Below are positions 24,083 to 37,119 of a stretch of DNA of 64,000 nt, in pieces. Both the position numbers and the translations under genes were made by a program. The notes below the pieces were generated by a model. It did not search any database and was not told where the DNA came from. It saw nothing but the letters and a program-made list of their open reading frames with translations. Within the stretch, counting starts at the first letter, position 1. The number at the start of each line of letters is the position of its first letter. The stretch is from Heptranchias perlo (Eukaryota). Where the stretch lies: positions 9,424,001 through 9,488,000 of the forward strand of contig NC_090363.1 in assembly GCF_035084215.1 (NCBI RefSeq), in the 5' to 3' direction.

Positions 24083-26121
24083 GGGCCCGATTTTACCAGG
24101 GGTGCGGGTACTCGGCGGGTAGGCCAGCGGGCGCGTTGTGAAATTAGTGGGTTGCCCGCGCGATCGTAGCAGGCAACACACTAATTGGATTCACTTACCT
24201 GCTCCTCCGGGGTCCGCGCTGCTGGTCTGCGCGTTGGGCGGGCTGCGCATGCGCAGTAACATCTGTCAGCTGGAGGCGCTCTATTTAAAGGGGCAGTCCT
24301 CCACTGACAGATGCTGCAACCAACAGAACAAATTACAGCATGGAGCAGCCCAGGGGGAAGGCTGCTCCCAGTTTAATGATGCCTCACCCCAGGTATCATC
24401 AGATGGGGTGAGGAGGAGGGGGAGGACAGAGCTCTTCCACCCGGCTGGCGGGAGGAAGCGGCCTGCCTCTGCCACCAAGAAGGCCTGGCTCGAGGTGGCA
24501 GAGGGGGTCACCTGCACCACCAACATATCGCCCACCTGCATACAGTGCAGGAGGCGCTCCAATGACCTCAGTAGATCAGCCACAGTGAGAACACGTAGTC
24601 TTTCTCCTACACTCCGTCTGCCACAACACTGCCCCCACCCCACATCTCCTTCGGCACCGCCAACACTACTCTGTCACATCACCCCTCATACCCACTCAAA
24701 CCCCATCCTCACCTTACCTGCACCTACTCACCTCGCGAGTACTCACCCCGCCACTAACACGCAACCCAATCCTCATCTAATCTCATGGCTCTATCCCATA
24801 CTCACCCTCTCGTGCATCTCCCTCACGGCCAGCCTCACTCAACCTGCCACCACCTGTGCTGCAGCCACAGGGCATGCATCACATATGTGCAGTAGGCAGC
24901 ATAAGGCAAACATGTCGTGAGCATGAAGGGGATGCACAAGGGTGTTTGAGGGTTTGTCATGGGTGTTACCTATATTGAATTTCAGAACAACTCACATCAC
25001 ACATTATATTGGCACCACCACTGCCATGTCTCCGCGAATCCTGTCTGTTTTGTGCAATAATGCCCGCTCCTGGGTATCCCTATGAGGACCCACCACTGAT
25101 GCCACCCATTGTGTTACTGCAGAGTAGGTGCAGGTGTATTTGCAGGGCTCTTCCGCGCAGACGACTGAGAGACATCGGCGGTGTACCCGGCTGCACCCTG
25201 GAAGGATGCGGAGGAGAAGTTGTGGAGGGCTGTGGTGACTTTGGCAGCGACAGGTAAGCAGATGGTGCTGGGGCCAGCCAGGAGCAGCTCGGCATGAAAG
25301 AGGCTGCAGATGTCCACGACTACATGTCGAGTGAATCTGCGCCTCCGTGTGCACTACTGCTCGGAGAGGTCCGGGGAGCTGCGCCTCGGTCTGTGGACCC
25401 TGTGGCGAGTGTAGTGCCCTCTGCGACGCGTCTCTCTTGCAGTAGCCCTCCCTCCTGCTGTACAGGTGGATGTGTCACAGCACTCTGTTGTGGAGCTCCA
25501 CGTGTCAGAGGTGGACGGCGTGGATGGCGAGGCTGGTGATGCTGTTCGCCCTCCGAGGGGGTCATGACTGCAGCTATGACGGCCCCCATCTGCAATATGG
25601 ACATCTGAGGGGGTCCGCAAGGTAGACACATGTCTCCGGACCCCGGGGTGTGTGTGCAGGTTGGTGACTTTGACCGTCAGGAGGTGGGTGATGGAGGCCA
25701 AACTTTGTCCCAAGTGACAGAGCGGCCTCCTGCAATGGGTGAGGGTCTCCCCCCCCCACCCCCTGTCAAATGGACCTTTGCAGCTGCCACAGGCTGACGG
25801 CTGCAACACGTCCAGTTCAACTAGGACTGTTTCCCCCAGTGTGTGAAACAGTCCCATGTTCTCCAAAATCACACACAGTCCCTTAATCAGGTCAGTTAAT
25901 GACCTGAACAAGCAAAATAAATACACTCAAGTGGCATCCCGCTGGCTTTAATTGCCTGCGGGATTCCCACCAGCGGGGGCTGCGCTCGCACCCCCGCACG
26001 TCATCGGGGAACCCGGAAGTGGTCGGGATCGTGGCGCGATCCGGTCACGTGCCTGGATATCGGGATTTTCGGGGCCCCCCCGCTGGAAACCCACAGGAAA
26101 CCCGACGGTAAAATCGAGCCC
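24083..26121. mobile_element. Non-autonomous Harbinger transposon in intron 1 of the Ig-5TM gene
   Basis: 15-bp TIR gggcccgattttacc / ggtaaaatcgagccc (1 mismatch), TSD ATG. Myb/SANT-like remnant on +, convergent HARBI1-like N-terminus (RRGHYTRHRVHRPRRSSPDLSEQ) on -. Homologous to 3864-5594. Confidence 0.88.
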
Positions 26122-26129
26122 ATGATCTT

Positions 26130-28210
26130 TGCATTGCGAACTGCCGGCGTGACATCGTCTCAATTTCTCTACTCCCCTCACTCACTCACTCACTCTAACC
26201 TACCTCCCTCTGAACTCGCAGCACTCCGTTCTCTCAGGTCCAACCCTAACATTGTCATTAAATCTGCTGATCAGGGCGGCCCTGTTGTTCTTTGGCGAAC
26301 ACAACCTTGCAGAGGCTGAACGCCAACTCTCCGACCATGACCCCACCGCCAAACATCAAGCCATAGTTTCCCAGACCGTCACTGACCTCATCTCCGCTGA
26401 AGATCTTCCTCTCTATGGCCTCCAACCTCATAGTTCCCCCAATCCCACACAGCCCGCTCTATCTCCTTCCTAAGATCCACGAACAGGACTGCCCCCGAAG
26501 ACCCACCGTTTCAGCCTGTTCTTGCCCCATGGAACTCATTTCTTCCTATCTCAACTCTTTTTTCTTCCCTTGTCCAGCCTCTTCCAACCTACAATCATGA
26601 CTCTTCCGACACCCTCCACCACTTTTACCAGCTTCCAGTTTCCCAGCCCTAACCGTCTCCTTTTCACCATGGATGTCCAGTCCCTCTACACCTCCATCGC
26701 CCACCAGGTCGGCCTGTGGGCCCTCCGCTCCTTCCTTGAACAGAGGCCCAACCAGTCTGCATCCACCACTTCCTTCCCTGGCCTGTCTGAACTTGTTCTT
26801 TGACTCCACTCACTTCCTCCAAATAAAAGGTGTCGATATGGGTCCCAGCTATACCTGCCTTTTTGTGGTATATGTGGAACATTCCTTGTTCCAGTCCTAC
26901 TCAGGGCCACAACTCCACTTTCCTGCCTGATCCCCATATCCCTTGATTCTCCTAGAGTCCAAAAATCTATCTATCTCAGCCTTGAATATACTCAATGACT
27001 CAGCATCCACAGCCCTTGGGGTAGAGAATTCCAAAGATTCACAACCCTGAGTGAAGAAATTCCTCCTCCTCATCCAGTCTTAAATGCTGACCCCTTATCC
27101 TGAGACTATGCCCTGTAGTTCCAGACTCGCCTGCCAGGGGAAACAGCCTCTCAGCATCTACCCTGTCAAGCCCCCTCAGAATCCTACATGTTTCAATAAG
27201 ATTATCTCTCATTCTTCTAAACTCCAGAGAGTATAAGCCCATTCTACTCTATCTCTCCTCATAGGACAACCCTCTCATCCCAGGAATCAATCTCGTTGCA
27301 CCACCTCCAAGGCAAGTATATCCTTCCTTAGATAAGGAGACCAAACGGTACACAGTACTCCCAGGTGTAGTCTCACCAAATCCCTGTACAATTCTAGCAA
27401 GACTTCCTTACTCTTGTACTCCAACCTCCTTGCAATGAAGGCCAACATGCCATTTGCTTTCCTAATTGCTTGCTGTACCTGCATGCTAACTTTCTGTGTT
27501 TCTTGTATGAGGACACCCAGATCTCTCTCAGTGCCAACATTCAATAGTTTCTCACCATTTAAAACATTTTCTATTCTTCCTACCAAAATGAATAATCTCA
27601 CATATCCCCACATTATACTCCATCTGCCACCTTGCCCACTCACTTAACCTCTCTATATCCCTTTGCAGACTTTTTGTGTCCTCCTCACAGCTTACTTTGC
27701 CACCTACCTTTGTATCGTCAGCAAACTTGGACACATTCCCCTAATATCTAACATATCTTCCCCTAATCCCCTCTCCTTTCAGCATTCTGAAGGGACTGCT
27801 CCCTCCATGACACCCTGGTCCACTCTTCCAACACACGCTCCCCTCCCCGTGGCATCTTCCTGTGTGAGCGCAGGAGATGCAACACCTGCCCTTTCACCTC
27901 CTCCCTTCCCACCGTCCAGGGCCCAAACACTCCTTCCAAGTGAAACAGTGATTTACTTGTACGTCTTTCAATTTGATATACTGTATTCACTGCTCACAAT
28001 GTGGTCTCCTCTACATTGGGGAGACCAAACGCAGATTGAGTGATCACTTTGCTGAACACTTCTGCTCAATCTGCAAGCGTGACCCTTACCTGCCGGTCGC
28101 TTGCCATTTTAGTTCCCGGTCCCACTCCTACTCTGACCTCTGTCATCGGCCTCTTACACTGTTCCAATGAAGCTCGAGGAACAGCACCTCAGCTTTTGAT
28201 TAGGCATCTT
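26130..28210 (+). mobile_element. Degenerate Penelope-like element (RT and GIY-YIG fragments), split by a CR1 at about 26910-27735 (-)
   Basis: IVIKSADQGG, YLLPKIH, LFTMDVQSLYTSI, IYCIHCSQCGLLYIGETKRRL...EH. Confidence 0.85.
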
Positions 28211-28453
28211 ACGCCCCCGTGTTCTTCCTTTCCGCGCGCCCCCCCCCCAAACCTTGGCCCCTTAGTATGGTCACTGTATCACAGTAAACATCAGATATCC
28301 AGGTCCTGAATTACCAATGAGTAACTCGATTGATATCTGCTGGTATAATGTGTACTCCCATTTGCTGCAGTTTTTCTTCACATTTACAGTTGTATTTCAT
28401 TGTTTAGTTGCCTCAGTTTAAATTATTAAATTTGCTTTTTTTATGTCAATCAG

Positions 28454-28759
28454 CTGGAATGAAAAATGTGTTTGGTGTCGTTGGTTCTTCAGTTTTACTG
28501 GATCCTGAATACGAAGCTGATCTCAGCAACAGTGATATTATATGGGAGTTCACTGCCAGCAACAAAAGCCCTGTAACAATTTTGGATTATGTACCAAATG
28601 GCCAGAAAGAGGAACCAAATAAACACTTCAAATCTCGTTTACATTTTAATGCTTCGAATGGCTCTTTGATGTTAAACAATTTTAAACCTAGCGACCAAGG
28701 GGTTTATACCATCACCGTAGATACACAAGTGCCAAGAAGAATAGATTTGAGGCTCACTG
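28454..28759 (+). CDS. Ig-5TM receptor exon 2, IgV domain A (CD2/SLAM/CEA-type, no B-F disulfide)
   Basis: cAG acceptor and G|GTAAGT donor, 306 nt, phase 1-1. Motifs GVVGSSVLL, IIW, FKSRLHF, GSLMLNN, SDQGVYTITV. Confidence 0.9.
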
Positions 28760-29574
28760 GTAAGTAGTTTCAATACTTTGTAGACTTTGAAAGTGATGCA
28801 GCTATTCACTACTTAAGAACTGTCTGTTGCAGAATAGGAACAGGAGTAGGCCATTCAGCCCCTCGAGCCTATTCCACCATTCCATAAAATCATGGCTGAT
28901 TTGTACCTCAACTCCATTTACCTACCTTTCTTCCCTATCCCCTGATACTCTTGCCCAACAAAAATCTATCGATCTCAATCTTGAAAATTACAATTGACCC
29001 AGTAGCCACAGCCTTGGACAATAGATTTCCACTACATAAGAAATAAGAGCAGGAGTAGGCCATACGGCCCCCGAGCCTGCTTTGCCATTCAATAAGATCA
29101 TGGTTGATCTTCTACCTCAACTCCACTGTGAAAAAATGCTCTGCTGACTTCACTACTAAATGGCCTAGCTCGTTTGCATGATGTAACTGCTCTTTGTACT
29201 GGTTAAATCAGCATCGACTTTTATTAAGCACCAACTTTATTTGCTAACTGCTTAGTGCTGAGATACAGCCTGGAAATTTGAGACGGGGAGGAGGATGGAT
29301 ATAAGGGGTTACAAGTGGTTTTACTGCATTTGGTTTTTTTAAGTCCACACACCCTGACATCCACATAGGTCCAAATCCTCAACAATCCCCACCCCAGTGC
29401 TTATACAAATGCAAGTTCTTTCTTTTATATATAATGCCTTTCACGACCTTAGGACGTCTAAAGCGCTTTACAGCCAATTAAGTACTTTTGAAGTGTAGTC
29501 ACCGTTGTAATATAGGAAACGTGGCATTCAATTTACACACAGCAAGATTCCCACAACCAACAATGTGATAATAC

Positions 29575-30075
29575 GACACAGAATTGCACTGATGTGCCAA
29601 GTGATGATGGACCTGGAAAAGAACATATGGTCATTGCATCTCCCGCTCCCAACAAAACCTCGTCTGTATAATATCTGCATCACTCCAATTCTCCTGTATG
29701 CATCGGAGACATGGACTGTCTCGCAAGTCGACTTGCCCAGCAGACCAGTGGTGTCTTCGCCATGTTCAGTGGTGTGACTACATCATCAATAGTCAGGTCA
29801 GAAAGATAACTGCCCAACAAAATGTCACAATTACCAAAAGGCGTTTATCGCTGTTTGAACACATGGCCAGGCTAGGCCATTCACGTGACACATCCAGGAC
29901 ATTCCGAGCCTGTCCTTTTTAAAGACCTGGAAACACTTCCCTAGAAGGCCAAGAAGCATCTGGCTCTCAACTGTTACGGCTGACCTCTGGTCCCTGAAAA
30001 CAAGGTTCTTCTGCGCCATGCGAAGAGCCAAGGACTGTGAAGGATGGAGATATTTGATCCACCAAGCATCACTAT
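29575..30075 (+). mobile_element. RTE-clade-like LINE 3' fragment
   Basis: TKPRLYNICITPILLYASETW and RRLSLFEHMARL motifs. Confidence 0.65.
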
Positions 30076-31914
30076 GAAGGAGCATACTACAATGACACAC
30101 ACTTCTGCACAACCTACATGTGCTGATAGTACTGTGCCAGTAGGTGGCGTGATAAACACAACTTTATGTGACACATAGAAAATAGTGGAATTAAAGTTGT
30201 GATGCCCACCTACTGAATCTACTTCATTGCAGAACCATTTACTGTCTTCAAAAAATTGCAGTACTTGCCCCATGGGATCAACTCCTGCAAAGATCATCAT
30301 GTCGCTAAGGAAACCATGGCCCCAGCTTTAAATGCCAATCAGCTGAAATAGAAAAAAGAAAAATTGAATGAAAGCGAAATTCGAGAGAAGCCGGAATTGG
30401 TACTACCCAGTATCCTGTTGAGACTGAAATCTTCATGTAAATCATATTCTGAACAGTTGAAGCCCATGTGGAAAGCCTTTGAAAGAAATAATCGTGGTCC
30501 AAAAGGGTGAAATACATATGCAAGCATGTGGCCGAACAAGGATGGATCACAGTCGGCCAGAAGAAATGACAAAAGCATTGTTCCCTCCCCACTCCACTGA
30601 GAGAATTCATATGCCATTCTCACGAACCCCCCTGCCCCGCTGAGGTTAAAAGCGGCTGTAAGCACCCCCCTTTGAGGGCAAACTGTTTGAGGCTCGGATT
30701 TTTTTTTTGTTAATTGTAAAAACTTCGAGACTGCATAAACTATGAACTTTTCAGCATTTTATGTGATAACGGGTTTATGGAATTTTATGTTTAATGAAGA
30801 CTTAGTCTCCCTTGTGCACTAAATTTTCTGCTTTTGCAGTCCTGGCACACACTGGGCATGCATAGTAGGAAATTGCATACACGATGCCTGTGATTAACCA
30901 TCCATTTATTTAAGAAAATTTGCATTTATATGCTTTAAGGGGATAACATAATGACAGCAACTAGTTGATAATGGGGAAATTGGTGCTGGGGTACCGGAGG
31001 GTGCAAAAGGACCGACAGTTAGGATTGGGGAAGAGGCTGATGGCTTGAAAGATGCCAGTAAAGTGGCAGTTTTGCTGCCATTCTACTGGCCCCCCCCACA
31101 TGGCCCCCCTCTCCCAGGCTGTTAGAACCTGGTCCCTCAACACACCGATGTCAGCAACCCCCAACACTCCAGACTTGGAGGGGGGTGCAATTTTCCAAAA
31201 CCAGAGTTCAGCTGAATCCCTCCCCCTGCTCCCTGTTTAGTCTTCACAAACCCCTAGACTACATCCTTGCTGCTTCTAGAAATGATCGCTCTGCATTGTT
31301 CCCAGAACTCTGCAACTCCCTTAAAATACTGTTCGACATTGAGACCTCCATCCAGCACCGCCACACTCCAGGCCTCCTTTTATCAGTGCTCCCAGATCCT
31401 ACTACCACGTCCAATGTTTCTGGTAATATTACTTGGTGTAACACTTCTGTTCTTATAAAACTTCGGAGTCATCGTGAGTAATGCCACAGGAGATTTCTGG
31501 TTGCTGACATATTGAAGTCCTCTACATTTTGGTATTGGTAAGCTGTGTGATAGTCTTACCTAGTCAGTCATGGGATATATCAGTAAATTTGGTGCAATCC
31601 AGCAATGGGTAAAACGTTATATTTAGGCCGCAGTGTGGTCACTGTAAACATCAGAGGGTAGAGATTCCACTTTGGGAAATTCCGCCTGAAATTTCACTGG
31701 TTAGGGTACAGTTTAAGTTTCTGCTAAAATGCATTTGGATTATCACAAACATAAAATCTTCCATGGATCAGCGCAATCGGGCAACGTAATAGAATGTAAT
31801 TTTTTTTTCTTTGCATTAAAAAATATTCATGTATTTAAGAGTGGTAATCTGGTGCAGTTTTATTAATACAGCTGAAAATGGGTTTAATCACAAAAAAATA
31901 AGCATTTTTAGTAC

Positions 31915-33170
31915 CCTTTCAGGAAGTGCGTTTCAGATCTTAACAACCCTCTGTGAAAAAAAATTCCCCTTATTTCCTCTCTCATTCATTTGCAAATTAT
32001 TTTAAATCTGTGATCGCTGGTTATTGACACACTTGCCAGAGGAAACAGTTTCTCCCTACTTACTTTATCAAAACCCCTCGTAGTTTTAGGCGTAACTCAC
32101 TTATGCTTAAAATGACCATAGAAGCTTACAACACAGAAGGAGGCCATTTGGCCTGTGTTGGCTCTTTGAAAGAGCTGTCCAATTTAGTCCCACATCCCAG
32201 CTTTTTCCTCATAACCTTGCAAATTAGTCTTCTTCAAGAACATGTCCAATTGCCTTTTGAAAGTTCCTGTGGAATCTGATTCCACCACCCTTTCAGAGTG
32301 CATTCCAGATCATAACAACCCTCTGTGGGAAAAAAAATTCCCCTAATTTTCCCTCTAGTTCTTTTGCCAGTTATTTTAAATCTATGATCTCTGGTTCCCG
32401 ACCCACTTGCCAGAGGAAACGGTTTCTCCCTACTTGCTCTATCAAAGCTCCTCATAATTTTGAATACCTCTATTGGGTCCCCCCTTAACCTTCTCTGCTC
32501 TAAGGAGAGCAATCCCAGCTTCTCTAATCTCTCCACATAACTGAATTCCCGCATTCCTGGTATCCTCCTGGTAAACCTCCTTTGTACCCTCACCAAGGCC
32601 TTGACATCCTTCCTAAAGTGTAGTGTCCAGAATTGGACACAATAGTCCAGCTGAGGCCTAACCAGTGATTTGTGAAGGTTTAGCATGACTTCCTCGTTTT
32701 TGTATTCAGAGCCCCCATTTACAAAACCAAGCATCCCAAACGCTTTCTTAACCACCTTATCAACTTGCCGTGCCACCTTCAAAGATTTGTGAATATGCAT
32801 CCCAGGTCCCTCTGCTTTTGCTCCCCCCTCAAAATGGTACCATTTAGATAATATTGTCTCTCCATATTGTTCCTACCAAAGTGCATCACTTCACACTTAT
32901 CCGCATTAAATTGCATCTGCCCATTTCACCAGTCTGTCTATATCCTCCTGAAGTCTGCTACTATCCTGCTCACTATTTACCATGCTGCCAAGTTTTGTGT
33001 CATCTCCAAACTTTGAAATTATACCCTCTAAACCCAAGTCCAGGTCATTTATATATAACAAAAAAAGCAATGGTCCTAATACCGACCCCTGGGGGACCTC
33101 ACTGCATACTTCTTTGCGGTCAGAAAAAGATCCGTTCACCACTGCTCTCTGCCTCGTATCCCTTAGCCCA
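31915..33170 (-). mobile_element. CR1 LINE fragment nested in a TIR element (about 31657-33266) upstream of IgV copy B
   Basis: ORFs 32234..32800 and 32906..33178. Flanks gggtagagattccac / gtggaaactgatagccc interrupt sequence that is contiguous in copy A. Confidence 0.8.
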
Positions 33171-33425
33171 ATTACCAAAATTCCCTGATCTTTTGCGCTG
33201 GTTTGGCCAATTCCGTCTAGATTGCACTGATATTATTGGCGTAAACAAGTGGAAACTGATAGCCCCTGATAGCCAGGTCCTGAACTCCCAATGAGTAACT
33301 CCATGGATATCTGCTGGTATAACGTGTACTCCCATTGCTGTAGTTTTTCTTCACATTTACAGTTGTATTTCATTGTTTAGTTGCCACAGTTTAAATTATT
33401 AAATTTGCTTTTTTATGTCAATCAG

Positions 33426-33731
33426 CGGGAAAGAAAAATGTGTTTGGTGTCGTTGGTTCTTCAGTTTTACTGGATCCTGAATATGAAGCTGATCTCAGCA
33501 ACAGTGATATTTTATGGCTGTTCAATGGCAGCAATAAATCCCTTGTAACAATTTTGGATTACGTACCAAATGGCCAGAAAGAGGAACCAAATAAACACTT
33601 CAAATCTCGTTTATATTTTAATGCTTCGAATGGCTGTCTGATGTTAAACAATTTTAAACCCAGCGACCAAGGGATTTATACCATCACCGTGGATGCACAA
33701 GTGCTAAGAAGAATAGATTTGAGGCTCACTG
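33426..33731 (+). CDS. Ig-5TM receptor exon 3, IgV domain B (duplicate of exon 2)
   Basis: Same splice sites and 306-nt length. 21 nt and 11 aa differences from copy A by manual alignment; frame intact. Confidence 0.88.
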
Positions 33732-35264
33732 GTAAGTAGTTTCAATACTTTGTAGACTTTGAAAGTGATGCAGCTCATGAACTATTCACTACTTAAGAAC
33801 TGTCTGTTGCAGAATAGGAACAGGAGTAGGCCATTCAGCCTATTCCACCATTCCATAAAATCATGGCTGATTTGTACCTCAACTCCATTTACCTGCCTTT
33901 CTTCCATATCTCCTGATACCCTTGCCCAACAAAAAATCTGTCGATCTCAATCTTGAAAATTTCAATTGAACCAGTATCCACAGCCTCAGACAATAGATTT
34001 CCACTTCCCTTTGTGTGAAAAAATGCCCTGCAGATTTTACTATTAAATGGCCTAGCTCTAATTTTAAGATTATGTCCCCTTGTTCTGGATTCTCCCACCA
34101 GAGGAAGTGGTGGTAGTCGTCTTCATTCAAAGTTAAACTGAACCACTGATCCAATAGGAGAAAAAATGACATTATGGAAATTAAATGCAGCTGTTCAGTC
34201 AGCCTCCATTGCTGTAATATGTCTGTCATCCCATGGAGAGATCCACCAGGGATTGTGATCCACCATCCTTAGCTATATTGGTGAGGTGAAGGCAGGAGAA
34301 CTCTTTCCCAAATCAGAAAATTGGAAGTTTCTGGTAGGTGGAGGGGGAATCAGCAAAGGAGGGGAGAGGTGGGCAGTATCAGGATTGAGGTTGAATGTAA
34401 CATTTTGGGATTTCAGACCATGCTGCCAGCGAGGGACCTTGATGTAATATATCTTAAAAATGCTACTAATGAGCTAAATACAGAGGACAGCAGAGCTGGG
34501 AGATGTAGATTGAAATTCTCTGGGCAAGCTTGCTGCAAACAGTGAAAGACTCCAGTGCTATGAGAACGGTTTCCATTAGAACTCAGTAGGGGTCATTGCC
34601 AAGTTAGGCTGGTGGATTCTACCCCCTCGGGGAGAAGGGGGAGTAGTCAGTGTTAGTAAAACTTCCCTGGCATCAGGCTGATGGAAGAAAAGATGAAACT
34701 GCAGGGAGAGGACATTCTGCCCTGGGCTGAAGGCCATAATGCAGGGGTTCAGTTTCTTGCAGCCAGTGGTTGTACAGAAAATCAGATCTATTCTGAAAAT
34801 GCCAGTAGAATAGTGTGGTGTGCTCATTGGATTAATTGGGTTTCGATTCCAGCTGGTGCTCTTAATTTCGTTTGCCGTCTGGAAAATAAAGCAGCTTCAT
34901 GATTTACATCTGGCCTCTTACGTTTGGAAAAATTGGAGAGGAATGTGAAGTCATGTACAGAAGACAAAAAATATCCGGTTCAGGTTGCAGGAGGGTGCCA
35001 TTGTTACACCACAGGTTATGCTATTGCAGAAGTAGATATAGGGCAGTGTGAGTCAACTCTGACAAAGTAATGTGCTCAGTCCACTTACAAGAGCGACTGA
35101 TGATTAATGATTTTAAATTGATGACCCTCCCCTGTCACTGACTTCCCTAACCAGAGGAAATACTTTCCCATTAACTCAATCATAATTTTTAACAAAACTC
35201 TATGAAAATCTCCTTTAGCCTTTTTTTCTTCTTGTGGAATAAGTCCCAGACTCCCAAGTTCCAG

Positions 35265-35675
35265 GGCTTGTATTCCCTTGAGTATAGAAGATTGAAGGGT
35301 GATCTGATCGAGTTGTTTAAAATGTTAAAAGGATTGGATAGGATACATACGGAGAAACTATTTCCTTTGGTGGGTAATCAAGAACAAGGGGACCTAATCT
35401 TAAAATTAGAGCTAGGCCATTCAGTAGCGAAATTAGAAAGTACTTTTTCACACAAAGGGTAGTGGAAATCTGGTACTTCCCCCACCCCCAAAAGGCAGTG
35501 AATGCTGGGGGTCATTTGGAGCTTTCAAGACTGAGATTGATAGATTTTTGTTAGGAAACGATATCAAGGGAAATGGAGCAAAGGTGGGAAAATGGAGTTG
35601 AGGTGCAGATCAGCAATGATCTAATTGAATAGCAGAGCAGACTCTAGGGGCTGAATGTCCAACTTGTGTTCCGAT
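35265..35675 (+). mobile_element. CR1 3' fragment; similar + strand fragments at about 54600-55455 and 58070-58620
   Basis: GLYSLEYRRLKGDLIE motif and CR1 3' UTR. Confidence 0.8.
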
Positions 35676-36849
35676 TCTCTCCTCCTACAATAGTTTCTCA
35701 TTGCTAGTGTTATTCTTTTGAATCTAGGCGATACGTTCTCCATGGCTTTAATGTCTTTTCTGTAATGGAGTGCCCAAAACTGCACACGTTACTCTACAGT
35801 CTAACCATGATAAACTTATGATGAGCTCCTTGATCTTTAATTCTGTGTTTTTATTTATATGATCCAAAATACTATTAGCCTTTTTTTAATGGCTTTACCT
35901 ACCTGCACTTGCACTTCCAAGAAATTATGTATTTGCACCCATTTCTCCGTTCATTACACGCAATTCAAAGACACTGAACGTGCCATAGTCCCATTGTTTG
36001 TTTGTTTTTCCTCCCAAAATGAATTATCTTGCATCTTTTCACATTAAATTACATCCATCTGTCCATTCTGCCAACCTATTTATGTCCTCCTGAAATTTTT
36101 AATGGTCTACTTTTCTGTTTGTCCACCTCGACCTTTTGTGTCATCAGCAAATGTCAATATTGTGCTCCCTGCCCAAGATCAAACCGTCTATATATAGTGG
36201 ACCCAGCACTGAGCAACAATCCTTAACCCTTAGTTTCCTGTCAGCGAACCAATTTTCTATCCATGCATATTAGGAGAAGACATCAAAAGCTTGTTCAGAG
36301 GTGGGATTTAAGGAGAAGGTGGTGGAGAAGCAGAAGGGTTTAAGGAGGGAATGTCAGAGCGTGGGGCATAAGCGGCTGAAATTTAGAGGGGCAATGACAT
36401 GAAGAGATTCAAACACCAGGATGAGAATTTTAAATTTAAGGTATTGGGCGGGTGGGAGTCAATGTAGGTCAGTGAGGACAGGACTGATGGGTGACTGGGA
36501 CTTGGTAAGAGATAGGATACAAGGAGCAGAGTTATGGATGAGCTGAGGTTTACGGCGGGTGAAGGATGGGAAACCGGCGAGGAGAACATTAGGATCGTCA
36601 AGTCTGAAGGCGAGAAAGGTGATGGATGAAAATTTCCGCTGGGCTGAAGTCGGGACATAGACAGGCGATGTTACGGAGGTGGAGAGTCTGCAGTCTTTGT
36701 GATAGGATTATAGAGTAAGAAGTTCATCTGAGTCAAAGTACCTGTGAAGGACAGAGCTCTTATTAGTTAACTACACTAACATAATGTGAAGCAATAATGT
36801 TACCTTAATGCTCAAACCTGTTTAATTGTTGATGCATTATCTCCCACAG

Positions 36850-37119
36850 AACCACTGTCGGAACCTTTGATCATTAGTAATTCTACCTATGTGGATACCA
36901 CCGTTGAACTGATCTGTCATGTGCCTGTGGGGAAAGCGAGTTCCATTCAGTGGAGGAAAGATGACGAAGTGATAACGAATGGCCAACGTTATGAGTTAGT
37001 GCAAAACAACAGCAAGTTGATTATTTCTAAAGCCAACAAATCAGACTGCGGGATATACACCTGCACCGTTGAAAACCCTGTTAGCGAGAAGAATAATTCG
37101 TATTCTCTTTCTCTTTACA
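36850..37119 (+). CDS. Ig-5TM receptor exon 4, IgC2/I-set domain (EPLSEPLI...VELICH...IQWRKD...SDCGIYTCTVENPVS...SLSLY)
   Basis: ctcccacAG acceptor, A|GTAAGT donor, 270 nt, phase 1-1. Canonical C...W...DxGxYxC plus NPVS, typical of second domains in the CD2/CEA/HEPACAM families. Confidence 0.92.

Noticed and set aside
31267-31540. Hydrophobic ORF and GTAAG donor between the two IgV exons as a TM exon
   Set aside because: No clear acceptor with a compatible open frame; the sequence looks like decayed repeat.
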